In this document: one piece after another, positions 1-8,233 of the stretch
How the letters are laid out: every line of letters begins with the position of its first letter
How positions within the stretch are numbered: position 1 is the first letter of the stretch
Translations under genes and position numbers: made by a program
Virus record (IMG/VR): IMGVR_UViG_3300037459_000208
Coordinates: 1 to 59,994 of that record
DNA from: a virus
Lineage: Duplodnaviria > Caudoviricetes
Strand: one strand, 5' to 3'
DNA: 59,994 nucleotides
The notes under the pieces: model-generated
Databases searched by the model: none
What the model saw: only the letters and a program-made list of their open reading frames with translations
Told to the model about the DNA's origin: nothing

Positions 1-127
1 GGGGGGGGAGGGGTCTCTTTCCCTCTCCCTCTGATCTTTATCTCCCTCTGCATCTCCTTCTGCTTAGGTCCACTTTTGTCCACACAGTCCACAGAGTCCA
101 CGGGGGTGTCAACAGGGCTGTCCACAG
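1..127. repeat. Terminal direct repeat, copy 1 (circular-assembly overlap)
   Basis: 1-127 is identical to 59868-59994; an ORF reads through the junction. Confidence 0.97.
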
Positions 128-524
128 AGTCCACAGGGCTGTCAACGGCCTTCTCTTTGGCCCTCTTTTTCGCCTGCCATGCCGTCTTGTAAGCGCGGCG
201 ATCGTCAGGATCCCTAGAGTCCCTGTACTTTTGGTAATTCGTAATCCTCCAGCCCCAATTGCGCCCAGGGTCGAGCGGTATAATTCGTCTCCCGTCCTCA
301 TCTGGACTCCGCGAATGAGGGTCCGGAGAGGCAAGGATGCCGATTGCCCTTTCGACGTCATCAAGAGGGAGGTTGAGCCGCCTGGAGAGAGCCGGGAGCG
401 TCATGTCGACGACCCCGTCCTTCTCGGCTATGGCCAGCATGAGGACGAAGGCGAGCCGGGTGACCACGTCGACGTCCATGATAGTCCCGTCGACGATGCT
501 CGAGTACAGCTTCACAAAGGACAC
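1..524 (-). CDS. Phage replication initiator / replisome-organizer-like protein, 5' part (continues at 59867-59354; about 345 aa)
   Basis: GTG at 524 after GGGAGG; translates MSFVKLYSSIVDGTIMDVDVVTRLAFVLMLAIAEKDGVVDMTLPALSRRLNLPLDDVERAIGILASPDPHSRSPDEDGRRIIPLDPGRNWGWRITNYQKYR, in frame with the 59354..59992 ORF; N-terminal HTH-like region followed by internal DNA repeats. Confidence 0.8.
   Translation of the reverse strand, partial: MSFVKLYSSIVDGTIMDVDVVTRLAFVLMLAIAEKDGVVDMTLPALSRRLNLPLDDVERAIGILASPDPHSRSPDEDGRRIIPLDPGRNWGWRITNYQKYRDSRDPDDRRAYKTAWQAKKRAKEKAVDSPVDSVDSPVDTPVDSVDCVDKSGPKQKEMQREIKIRGRGKETPPP
68..146. repeat. Iteron-like GTCCAC/GTCAAC repeats inside the initiator gene (candidate ori)
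   Basis: Eight GTC(C/A)AC copies at 9-12 bp spacing; includes TTGTCCACA (76-84) and CTGTCCACA (118-126). Confidence 0.65.
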
Positions 525-694
525 GATCGGGTCGCCTCCCGGTCGAGCTCCCGTAGACGCTCGAAGTCCTCGAGGGATACGATGACAACCGCGGGCCGGT
601 TGTAGCGAGTGAGGAGGACGCTGGCACCTTCCTGGACCTTTTTCACGGTCCCCGAAAGGACGGACGGTAGCTCACGCAGGCCGATTTCTTCCAT
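512..694 (-). CDS. Phd/YefM family antitoxin-like DNA-binding protein
   Basis: MEEIGLRELPSVLSGTVKKVQEGASVLLTRYNRPAVVIVSLEDFERL matches the Phd/YefM pattern. Confidence 0.85.
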   Translation of the reverse strand: MEEIGLRELPSVLSGTVKKVQEGASVLLTRYNRPAVVIVSLEDFERLRELDREATRSCPL

Positions 695-701
695 ACCGAC
701 C

Positions 702-730
702 AGGTTGTCAGACCTATTGACCATTGTCAA
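702..730 (-). promoter_or_regulatory. Sigma70-like promoter with inverted-repeat operator for the phd-like/initiator operon
   Basis: TTGACA-17-CAACCT, 7 nt before ATG 694; TTGAC-AATG-GTCAA inverted repeat overlaps the -35. Confidence 0.55.
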
Positions 731-743
731 CACCTTTGCCTAA

Positions 744-1091
744 TCATCGGTATCCGCCCTTCCAGGACGAGCGGGGAGACCTCCCGGCCCCTGGCGGCAG
801 GGAGACCGGTTCGAAAACCGACCAAGAGGCCTCTCCGCGCTCGGTCTGCAAATGCCTTCCCGTGGCCTCCGGCGTCCGGCGTTCCTCATCCGGAGTAGGA
901 GCGTGGTCCACGGTTCCGGTCTCGCTCCCCGAGGCTGCGGGGCGCGTCACGGACGGCTTCGTGATGGGTCGAGGGTGCTTGTGCTGCTCGTAGTTCACGG
1001 GAAGGTACCATTCGCCGCAGGTCCCACATCGTGCGCGCTTCTCCGTGTAGTGCCGAAGTCCGGCCTTCGGTTCGACGCCTCCGCAGGTCAT
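744..1091 (-). CDS. Hypothetical protein with CxxC/His motif
   Basis: ATGA overlap with upstream gene; RCGTCGEW...HKH. Confidence 0.5.
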   Translation of the reverse strand: MTCGGVEPKAGLRHYTEKRARCGTCGEWYLPVNYEQHKHPRPITKPSVTRPAASGSETGTVDHAPTPDEERRTPEATGRHLQTERGEASWSVFEPVSLPPGAGRSPRSSWKGGYR

Positions 1092-1444
1092 GGCAGCCGG
1101 AACCCCACGACGTCGGAGCCCTCATGGCGGTGGACCGTCAGCGGGTAGCGCCCGGCTTGAATCGTCAGAACCTCTTTGAAAAACGCTCCCAGCGAAACCG
1201 ATGCGCAGCCCGCGCCCGTCCGGGTGAGCTTCCATCCGTCCTTCGCGTCGGTTCCGGCCAGGCAGAGAAGCCGTAGATCGCGGTCGAGCAAGACGTAGAC
1301 TCTGCCGCCGGGGACGAGACCCGAGAGCTCCACGCCCCGTCGGTTGAGGATGATCCTCCCGTTGGCCGCCCTGGTGACCGTCGCCATGGGAAAGGGGCAA
1401 CACTGCTTGCCGCGAGCGGGCCGCTGGTACGTCTCCCAGGCCAT
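1088..1444 (-). CDS. Phage hypothetical protein, possible AbrB-like beta fold
   Basis: GRIILNRRGVELSGLVPGGRVYVLLD pattern; globular composition. Confidence 0.6.
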   Translation of the reverse strand: MAWETYQRPARGKQCCPFPMATVTRAANGRIILNRRGVELSGLVPGGRVYVLLDRDLRLLCLAGTDAKDGWKLTRTGAGCASVSLGAFFKEVLTIQAGRYPLTVHRHEGSDVVGFRLP

Positions 1445-1508
1445 TATGACGCCAGCTGCCCAGTCGTGTCGGCGCCGAGAAAGGCAAACCACTGCCTGGC
1501 GCCCCGCA

Positions 1509-1715
1509 TCAGGAGGCCCTGGCCGCCCCTGTCCGCTTGACGGGCACGACAGAAACGACGTTTTCGTCACTGAGATACTTCACTACCGCGGCGCGGATTG
1601 TCGCGGCCCTCGACCACACCGGACCGGATTCCCTGTTTTTCCTATCCCTGAGACTGTCGATGGCGGCGATCATCCCAGGCGGAAAACCCACGTTGATCTG
1701 TTTCATAGCATCCAT
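1509..1715 (-). CDS. Ribbon-helix-helix DNA-binding protein
   Basis: MKQINVGFPPGMIAAIDSL...SRAATIRAAVVKYL. Confidence 0.8.
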   Translation of the reverse strand: MDAMKQINVGFPPGMIAAIDSLRDRKNRESGPVWSRAATIRAAVVKYLSDENVVSVVPVKRTGAARAS

Positions 1716-1721
1716 ACACCT

Positions 1722-1750
1722 ACGATAGGACTACCATAGGCTAAAGTCAA
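1722..1750 (-). promoter_or_regulatory. Leaderless sigma70-like promoter of the RHH gene
   Basis: TTGACT-17-TATCGT, 6 nt before ATG 1715; CCTA/TAGG repeats overlap it. Confidence 0.7.
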
Positions 1751-2041
1751 CAGGAATCTCCGGTAATCCCGGGGTGTTCTATTTCGCGCCCCGTAGGCGT
1801 CCGGAGACGAGCTTCCGGGTCATATGGAAACCGTGGTAACGTTGCGGCTGGGCCTGCCGAGCTTACCTCGGCAGGAGCCATTCTTGGGCGCCCAAGCGTC
1901 CCCTTCACGTCCTCCGGCTCCGGGGTTCACTTCAGCCCCGGGGCCAACCCGACCGAGCTGCGGTCGCAAGGTCCTCTTGCGGAAAAAGGGTCAGTTTGCC
2001 AAATTTCGCATACTGAAAACTTGCCCGCGCGCCGAACGGAC

Positions 2042-2938
2042 CTACTCGAGCGCCGCGTTGGTGACTCCTGGGCTTGACGAATCCAGGAGGAACTCCCAAC
2101 CCTGCCCCGTAGCGACCTCGACGACCCGAAGCTCGTAGGACCGTCCCGAGCTCAAGCCGGTGGCGGAGAACACGTAGGCGCCTCCGGGTCGCGGTTGGAC
2201 GTTGGCCAGGAGCTCCCATTTCCCGGGCGCGGAGAACCGGAAGATGACGGATCCCTCGTTCCCGCTGACGACGACGCCGTCGAGGTAGCCCATGTCGCCG
2301 TCCCTTCCCGAGCTCACGAGGAACCGGCCCGCCCTGAGGTAGCAGAGGTTGTCCTCCGACGCGTCGCATATCAGAGGGGGAGGCGAGGGGGGAACCTGGG
2401 GGGTGGCGTCACGGTCAATTTCGTATCTCAGGCCGGCGCCGTGCATCTGCACCAGTCCCTGAGGGCCGGCCGCGAACGGCGGCCGCTGACCGGCGATCTC
2501 CACGTCGAACGTCTCGCCGGAAGCTGTCGCCGGGAAGCTGGCGGAGAGATGCGGCGGCGTGCCCGAATCATAGCCGGCGGAGATCTTGAACTCTCCAGGC
2601 GCGACGTAGGTGTCGAACCCGGTCAGCTCGTGGCAAGTCACGACGTTCGGCGGGAATGAACTGGAGAAGGTGATCGTCTCCGCCGGCGCGGAGCTCGACA
2701 CGACGACATCGACGACGAAGGATAGGGGCATGACCCAATCGTTGGACAGGCACACCGTCACGCTGGTGACGGTGCCCCCGTTGGCAGTGGTGCCGAAGCC
2801 GGACATCGTGTGGTAGGAGCCATCGGGCGGCCACAGCCAGTCCAGGGAGCCATCGTAGAAGGAATCCGACCGGGCGATCAAAGGCGAGGCGGTCGCGGGG
2901 AGGAGAAAGGCGAAGATGAGCAGAGTAGCCGGCTTCAT
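2042..2938 (-). CDS. Secreted protein: signal peptide, beta-rich domain, Pro linker, C-terminal Cys-containing domain
   Basis: MKPATLLIFAFLLPATA signal; PPSPPP linker; CDASEDNLCYLRAGRFLV...IFRFSAPGKWELL...YVFSATG...YELRVVEVATG. Confidence 0.85.
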   Translation of the reverse strand: MKPATLLIFAFLLPATASPLIARSDSFYDGSLDWLWPPDGSYHTMSGFGTTANGGTVTSVTVCLSNDWVMPLSFVVDVVVSSSAPAETITFSSSFPPNVVTCHELTGFDTYVAPGEFKISAGYDSGTPPHLSASFPATASGETFDVEIAGQRPPFAAGPQGLVQMHGAGLRYEIDRDATPQVPPSPPPLICDASEDNLCYLRAGRFLVSSGRDGDMGYLDGVVVSGNEGSVIFRFSAPGKWELLANVQPRPGGAYVFSATGLSSGRSYELRVVEVATGQGWEFLLDSSSPGVTNAALE

Positions 2939-3207
2939 TCTCGGTTGCACCCTCGGCACTGACGGTTATACGGAAGCCGACCCAGGGCGACCGATCTTCT
3001 GACCGTTTTGAGCGTCGCCCACTTCAACACGGACTCCGTTCCACAAGCACATCTCACGATACAACGAAGGGCACACCCGGTGACCCGCCTGCCATCGGCG
3101 CCGATTTCCCTAGGCAGGATTCCGATGACTGTCCAAGAGCCCGCCCTAAGACCCAACTTCCGCCGTAGGTCGTCGGGAATTCCTGACGGGTGCTCCGCGA
3201 ACTTCAT
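2935..3207 (-). CDS. Cys-rich protein resembling the N-terminal domain of HNH/AP2 homing endonucleases
   Basis: GLRAGSWTVIG...CIVRCACG...CRGC; leaderless promoter TTGACG-17-CAGGAT at 3242-3214. Confidence 0.65.
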   Translation of the reverse strand: MKFAEHPSGIPDDLRRKLGLRAGSWTVIGILPREIGADGRRVTGCALRCIVRCACGTESVLKWATLKTVRRSVALGRLPYNRQCRGCNRE

Positions 3208-3254
3208 GCCACTATCCTGTCCGCTCAGTCCCGGAGCGTCAAGTTGCGAACGTC

Positions 3255-3282
3255 AAAACGGCCGAGCGATGCCCGACCGTTT
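3255..3282 (-). terminator. Intrinsic terminator
   Basis: AAACGGTCGGGC-ATC-GCTCGGCCGTTTT hairpin with G-U pairs and U tract on the minus strand. Confidence 0.55.
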
Positions 3283-3581
3283 CCCACTCTGGCAGATCGC
3301 CAACGACGGCGCTGCCTATCTAGCATTCAGCGTCCGGTTCACGCCGAGGTCCACCCGGATCCCTCGCCCGGTTGCGGTTCAAGCGCGTCTCTTGCACATT
3401 GCTGGCTCTCGCGTTTTCTGGTGTGGTTATCGCCCGAACCCCGGGCTATGGGTCTCATGTTCCCCGGCGTGGGGACCGGTTGGCGCTATTCTATCATGCC
3501 AAATCCCGCAGCCGTTTATCCGAGGCGCAACAACTTTTGCGACCGGACCGGGTCTAAAGGTAGGTGGGATCTCTGGACGCA

Positions 3582-3788
3582 ATGATCCAGAAGGCCCAGG
3601 CGAAATTCCTGGCCGGCTGGATCTCGAAGGCCAAGGCGAAGGGCGACGAGCGCTTGCTGAGCAAGTGCTACCAGACCGCGGCCGTGCTGGATCTGTCTCA
3701 CCTCGTACCCTCACACTTTGCCCGCGGTTCGGCGCCCGGTATGACCGGCCGCGAAATCGTAAGGCGGGTGCTGGCGAGAGGACCCTGA
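3582..3788 (+). CDS. Hypothetical protein
   Basis: 68-aa ORF with protein-like composition. Confidence 0.55.
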   Translation: MIQKAQAKFLAGWISKAKAKGDERLLSKCYQTAAVLDLSHLVPSHFARGSAPGMTGREIVRRVLARGP

Positions 3789-3819
3789 CCCACGCCCGCT
3801 CCTCAGTTAGGATACCGGG

Positions 3820-4035
3820 ATGAGCCCGCTCCCGGTATCGCCCGATCAGGTCGACGCATGGCTCGAGCTCCGCAAGTTCGCCCCAGGCGCCGCCGCTCTG
3901 GTCTTCGGAACCCTGTGGCTGTGGTGCATGCTGAGAATCATCAGGGACCACTGCGACTGGATCCACCGGGGGCGACGCGAGGCATACCTTGCCGGCCGCA
4001 AGTCGATGCGGCGCGGCGATCCAGGCGACGAGTAA
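3820..4035 (+). CDS. Small membrane protein
   Basis: One hydrophobic helix; leaderless promoter CTGACC-17-TAGGAT 6 nt upstream. Confidence 0.65.
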   Translation: MSPLPVSPDQVDAWLELRKFAPGAAALVFGTLWLWCMLRIIRDHCDWIHRGRREAYLAGRKSMRRGDPGDE

Positions 4036-4126
4036 GACAGGCGCGCAGTCGAACGCGGCCCGGTTGCCCGTAGTCCCGCGGTGTTGGGACCAGCTCCAGA
4101 CGGGAAGGAACGATCTGCACGCCCGC

Positions 4127-4282
4127 CCAAACGGCACAGGAGCGGCACACCAAACGGCACAGGAGCGGCACAGGAGCGGCACACCAAACGGCACAGGAGC
4201 GGCACACCAAACGGCACAGGAGCGGCACACCAAACGGCACAGGAGCGGCACAGGAGCGGCACACCAAACGGCACAGGAGCGG
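4127..4282. repeat. Compound tandem array of CCAAACGGCACA (A) and GGAGCGGCACA (B)
   Basis: Order ABABBABABABBA plus partial B; 13 copies of the core CGGCACA. Confidence 0.95.
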
Positions 4283-4285
4283 GGC

Positions 4286-4732
4286 TCATGATCCACCACG
4301 CCTGGGGATTGAGTGCGGCAGGAGCGTGGGCAGCCTCTTAACGACGTTCGAGGCCCCAACCTCCTGCGCCGTCTGGCCGCCGGGAAGAACCAAGAATTCG
4401 AAGAATGCGACCCGGGCGCCGAATATCCTGTACCGTACGTTCCTGCTTTTTACATCGTGATACAGCATCGTAGACGCCTGCCGGCGGGCTGCTGCGCGGT
4501 CTTGTTTACGGGTCGGAAGTACGGGCCAGACGACGCGGAATAAGTCACCGTCCAGTGAAAATTCCATCATCATGGCCTCCCTGCCCCCCTCCCTGCCCGT
4601 AGCTTGCCGCACGACTTCGCCGCCGGACTGGACAATGAAGCGCTCGGCCTTGTCCAACCACGAGTCGAAGGACGATCGCCCGGTTTTCCAGTAGGGAAGG
4701 TCCTCGGCGAAAGGAAGATCTGCCACGGTCAT
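4286..4732 (-). CDS. Phage hypothetical protein
   Basis: ARRQASTMLYHDVKS...FFEFLVLPGGQT resembles a common uncharacterised phage family; ATGA coupling. Confidence 0.75.
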   Translation of the reverse strand: MTVADLPFAEDLPYWKTGRSSFDSWLDKAERFIVQSGGEVVRQATGREGGREAMMMEFSLDGDLFRVVWPVLPTRKQDRAAARRQASTMLYHDVKSRNVRYRIFGARVAFFEFLVLPGGQTAQEVGASNVVKRLPTLLPHSIPRRGGS

Positions 4733-5490
4733 GGCCCCGCTCCTTCGTCCCACCGCCGGACGGTGCTTCGACCCACCCCGACTTTCTTCGCGACCTCAGA
4801 GCGTCCCATCCCTTCTCGCAAGAGCCTCAGGCCGGCTATTTTTTTCCGTGACTTTGGCCGGTTGCCATTGGGCGAGGCCGGCTTCTCGGTCTTGAGGGGG
4901 ACTCCGGAGGGCACAGCCTTCGCCATCTCCTCGGGGTCCTCGGCGCGCTTGCGCATGACCTTGAGCTCGTCGACCGCGTGCCGGGCGGTCGCCTCCGCCT
5001 CCATGAGCTTGCTCCCCTGCTCTGTGAGCTCGGCCCGTTGCCGCTCAACTTTCTCGTCGACGACGACGCCGTCCCCGTGGCCAACGGCGACCGCCGCCGC
5101 CATGATCTCAGGCAACCCGGCGACCGCCACGGCAAGAACCAGGGCGGGGATGTGGTCCGCCAACCATTCGGGGTTCGTCACGATCTCGACGCCTCCCATC
5201 TTCGGGATCCTCAGCAGACAGGCCACCGTGCCGAGGACGGTGGCCCCGAGCAGGATCACCACCCAGGCGATTGAGAGCTTGATTCGGTGGTGCTTATAGG
5301 TGGCGAGTCGCCAGGCAAGCCAGCACTGGCCACCGGTGAACGTGATAGACGTGGCCAAGGCGACGACCAGGACGACGACGAATGCCGCGCCCTCGAATCC
5401 CCTGCCGTCCAGGACGATGAAGAGGTACGCCATCCGGGGAGCGGCGACCGCGAGGGAGCAAACCACAAGCCAGGGGGCGAGACGGTTCAC
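4729..5490 (-). CDS. Multi-pass membrane protein with coiled coil and C-terminal HTH
   Basis: About four hydrophobic helices; C-terminal LLREGMGRSEVAKKVGVGRSTVRRW. Confidence 0.8.
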   Translation of the reverse strand: MNRLAPWLVVCSLAVAAPRMAYLFIVLDGRGFEGAAFVVVLVVALATSITFTGGQCWLAWRLATYKHHRIKLSIAWVVILLGATVLGTVACLLRIPKMGGVEIVTNPEWLADHIPALVLAVAVAGLPEIMAAAVAVGHGDGVVVDEKVERQRAELTEQGSKLMEAEATARHAVDELKVMRKRAEDPEEMAKAVPSGVPLKTEKPASPNGNRPKSRKKIAGLRLLREGMGRSEVAKKVGVGRSTVRRWDEGAGP

Positions 5491-5852
5491 CTTGTCTCCC
5501 CCTCTACATGCCCGGGCACGCTGTGAGCAAAGACCCGTCCACAGGGTTCATGCCGCTCCGTCTTTGCCCGCGAACGACCCAACCCTGGGACCCATACAAT
5601 CTCCCCGCAGCTTGGACATTTTTGAAGGTGGTGCGGTGCTCCGATCGTGATGTAGAGCGGCAGGGTCGGAAAGAGGCAAAGCCACACATCGTATCCGTAA
5701 CCCCGCGCCGCTGACTCCCAGTAAACACCGACCCAAAAATCGGCGAGCTCGAACTGTAAAGTGGCCGTCCAGTGCCTGCCCTCCCAGAGGTAAAGGAGGT
5801 TATAAGTCTCCCGGGTCAGAGATCTCCAATTCGACTTCGTCCCGATCGTCAT
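5487..5852 (-). CDS. Hypothetical protein with C-terminal CxxC
   Basis: DFWVGVYW...VWLCLFPTLPL; CPSCG. Confidence 0.65.
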   Translation of the reverse strand: MTIGTKSNWRSLTRETYNLLYLWEGRHWTATLQFELADFWVGVYWESAARGYGYDVWLCLFPTLPLYITIGAPHHLQKCPSCGEIVWVPGLGRSRAKTERHEPCGRVFAHSVPGHVEGETR

Positions 5853-6376
5853 CTCTTCACACCTAGATTCTCCCGCGCAAGATCCGTCAATTCCTCCTCT
5901 GTCTCGGCGAGCGCCGAGTCGGGGAGACTCCCGATGATCCGGTTGCACTCGCCCCGGATGTTCGTTCCTGGCGGGGCGTCCTTCTGGGCCTCAACCTCGA
6001 ACCGGATCAGGAGGTCGTCACCTTGCCAGGAGGGGTAGCACTTGGCGATCCTGTCGCCCGGATTGATGGGCAAAATCTTCCAATTCAACCCCACTTCCCC
6101 GTCGTCAAAATTGGCACCCGTCCAGATGGCTTCGACCAACCCCGCGTGCGGCTCGTCAAGAAAGTCGATGATCTCATCCAACAGGACCTCGGCGGAGTCC
6201 CACTGGGACGGGCGGATCTGCTCCGGAGCCTTCCGCTGAAGGTGGTTCCCGATCCCCCTCAGTTTGTCCCGCTCCTCGATCATCGGCTCGATCACGTCTT
6301 CCGTCGCCTCGGCGATCGGGTCGACGACTGCCAGGATTTGAAGGATGACGCGGCTGAGATGTCGTGGCGTGCTCAT
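5849..6376 (-). CDS. Hypothetical protein
   Basis: 175-aa acidic ORF in a coupled operon. Confidence 0.75.
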   Translation of the reverse strand: MSTPRHLSRVILQILAVVDPIAEATEDVIEPMIEERDKLRGIGNHLQRKAPEQIRPSQWDSAEVLLDEIIDFLDEPHAGLVEAIWTGANFDDGEVGLNWKILPINPGDRIAKCYPSWQGDDLLIRFEVEAQKDAPPGTNIRGECNRIIGSLPDSALAETEEELTDLARENLGVKR

Positions 6377-6528
6377 TGTTTTTCCAGTTCAATGGTTGGT
6401 AAAGATATCGTGCGCCGTTCTTTAACGCGGTTAGCCCCGGGGCATGCTGCTACCGGCGCCGCGGGGCTGCCTGAGGGTGTCTGCGTTACACATCACCTCC
6501 TGTTGAAAGATTGCTTCAAGTCAGCCGA

Positions 6529-7473
6529 TCATCGGCGATACCATCCCGCCGCAATAACCGCCGCCGAGGCCGGACACAGATCGTCAGGGAACTTTATGCC
6601 GACGGTTTCGATGACAATGACCATGTCTCCCGTCACGCTAGAAACGTAGACATGATCCACGTTCGACACGAGACTAGCTGTCATCTCAATACTGATGATC
6701 GCGCCGTCGTTTCCGTCGCATCCTATCGCCCCTCCGGGGTAGATTGAAATCCGCCCTTCCTGTGAGGTGAGCGAAATATCCGTCAGCTCGCCAGCCTTGC
6801 GGACCAGCCAGGTGTAGCGGTCTACGGCACGCGGCTGGCTGCCATCACGACCCCTGGCATCTGCGAGACAGTCCGCTCGCAGCTCGTCCTCTGCTGGGTT
6901 GCAGCTGACCTCGATCGTAATGGGAAATTCAGGCGGGCAGGCGTCACCGAATCCGTCGTCGTTGTTGTCCTCTTGTTGGGGGTTGTCGTCATTCTTGCAA
7001 TTGTCACAAAGGTTTCCAACGCCGTCAAAGTCGTCGTCCTCTTGCTCCGGGTTGGGCTCTTTCTTGCAGTTGTCTTTGCCGTTTTCGATGCCGTCAAAAT
7101 CGTCGTCCATTTGGTCGTTAGAGCAACCGTCCTCGTCGACGGACGCTCCGCGCGCGGTGTCGGGACAGAGATCATCTTCGTCAGGCACCCCGTCATCGTC
7201 TGAGTCAGCGGCCGTCGGTGGTGGGGGTGGTGGGGGTGTGTCATCGTTGCAGGTGTTCGTCGCGTCGTTCGGGCAATCATCACAAGCGTCGCCGATCTTG
7301 TCTCCGTCCGCGTCCTCCTGGCCGGGGTTGGAGATAAACGGGCAGTTGTCGGACCCGAATTCCTCCTCGGCGCCGTCCTTGTCGAAGTCCGCTACTACCT
7401 CGGTAGTAGAGTCGCAGGCGAACGAGAGCAGCAAACCAGCTCCGAGAAGCAGGTAGGTGAGTGTTTTCTTCAT
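6529..7473 (-). CDS. Lipoprotein with thrombospondin type-3 (Ca-binding) repeats
   Basis: Lipobox LSFAC; repeated DNCP...NPGQEDADGDKIGDACD motifs. Confidence 0.9.
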   Translation of the reverse strand: MKKTLTYLLLGAGLLLSFACDSTTEVVADFDKDGAEEEFGSDNCPFISNPGQEDADGDKIGDACDDCPNDATNTCNDDTPPPPPPPTAADSDDDGVPDEDDLCPDTARGASVDEDGCSNDQMDDDFDGIENGKDNCKKEPNPEQEDDDFDGVGNLCDNCKNDDNPQQEDNNDDGFGDACPPEFPITIEVSCNPAEDELRADCLADARGRDGSQPRAVDRYTWLVRKAGELTDISLTSQEGRISIYPGGAIGCDGNDGAIISIEMTASLVSNVDHVYVSSVTGDMVIVIETVGIKFPDDLCPASAAVIAAGWYRR

Positions 7474-7492
7474 GGTTGATCCTGATTTCCTT

Positions 7493-8233
7493 CTAGGGGT
7501 TGTCGGATTGCGTGGCGTTCAGAATGAGGTTCAGGACAAGAATCTGACGAGGGGAAACGACCTGACTCGGCAAGACCACATCGTCGAACCCGTCCGCGGA
7601 GATCCTTATCTCATAGGCTCCCGGGTTGACCGTCAATAGAAACCTCCCCGCCGGGCCAGTCAACGTCGAGTCTCCGTTGATCGACACCCAAACGCCTTCG
7701 AGAGAACGACCTTCTTCGTCGGTGACTGACCCTCGAACTGCACCCAATTGGGACCCAGATGGCGGAGGCGTGGAAAGCGGCGGAGGCGGACTGTTTACCT
7801 CCTTGAAGACGAACCGCGGTTCTTTGGGCCGCTTCGCGTGCTTGGTCACCGTCAGCTTCTGGAGCAGGTTCAACCCGTCCCCTAAGCTCAGTGACCTCAA
7901 CGAAACGATGTCACCGACCGTCAGTCTACTGACTTTCTTGGACAGCTTGGCGAGCTCGGACAGGGCGCGGGTGAAGGTCATCTCAACCGTGGAGCTACAA
8001 TCGCCGCCTCTGGCGCCCAGGAGAAAGGTTGCCTCCAACGTCTTGCCGTCGACGATCGTGGGCACCGCTTCTGAGCAGACCTCCGTCTTCTCACTGAGTG
8101 CCGCCACGGGATTCAAGGCCCCGGTGAAGACAGCTCTCGCGTCGTTCCCGATCGCTCGACCCGTCGCGCACCCTGTCAGGGGTATCAGGAGCAGGAGGGC
8201 GATCCACGGACACCGCTGCGTTTTACTTCTCAT
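7493..8233 (-). CDS. Lipoprotein with C-terminal carboxypeptidase-regulatory-like beta-sandwich
   Basis: Lipobox LTGC; GAVRGSVTDEEGRSLEGVWVSI...TGPAGRF...PGAYEIRISADGF. Confidence 0.88.
   Translation of the reverse strand: MRSKTQRCPWIALLLLIPLTGCATGRAIGNDARAVFTGALNPVAALSEKTEVCSEAVPTIVDGKTLEATFLLGARGGDCSSTVEMTFTRALSELAKLSKKVSRLTVGDIVSLRSLSLGDGLNLLQKLTVTKHAKRPKEPRFVFKEVNSPPPPLSTPPPSGSQLGAVRGSVTDEEGRSLEGVWVSINGDSTLTGPAGRFLLTVNPGAYEIRISADGFDDVVLPSQVVSPRQILVLNLILNATQSDNP

Noticed and set aside
1-127. 127-bp terminal repeat as a physical genome end
   Set aside because: The length equals a common assembler k-mer and it falls mid-gene; best read as circular overlap.
4127-4282. CRISPR or mini-array
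   Set aside because: No unique spacers, units only 11-12 bp, no cas genes.
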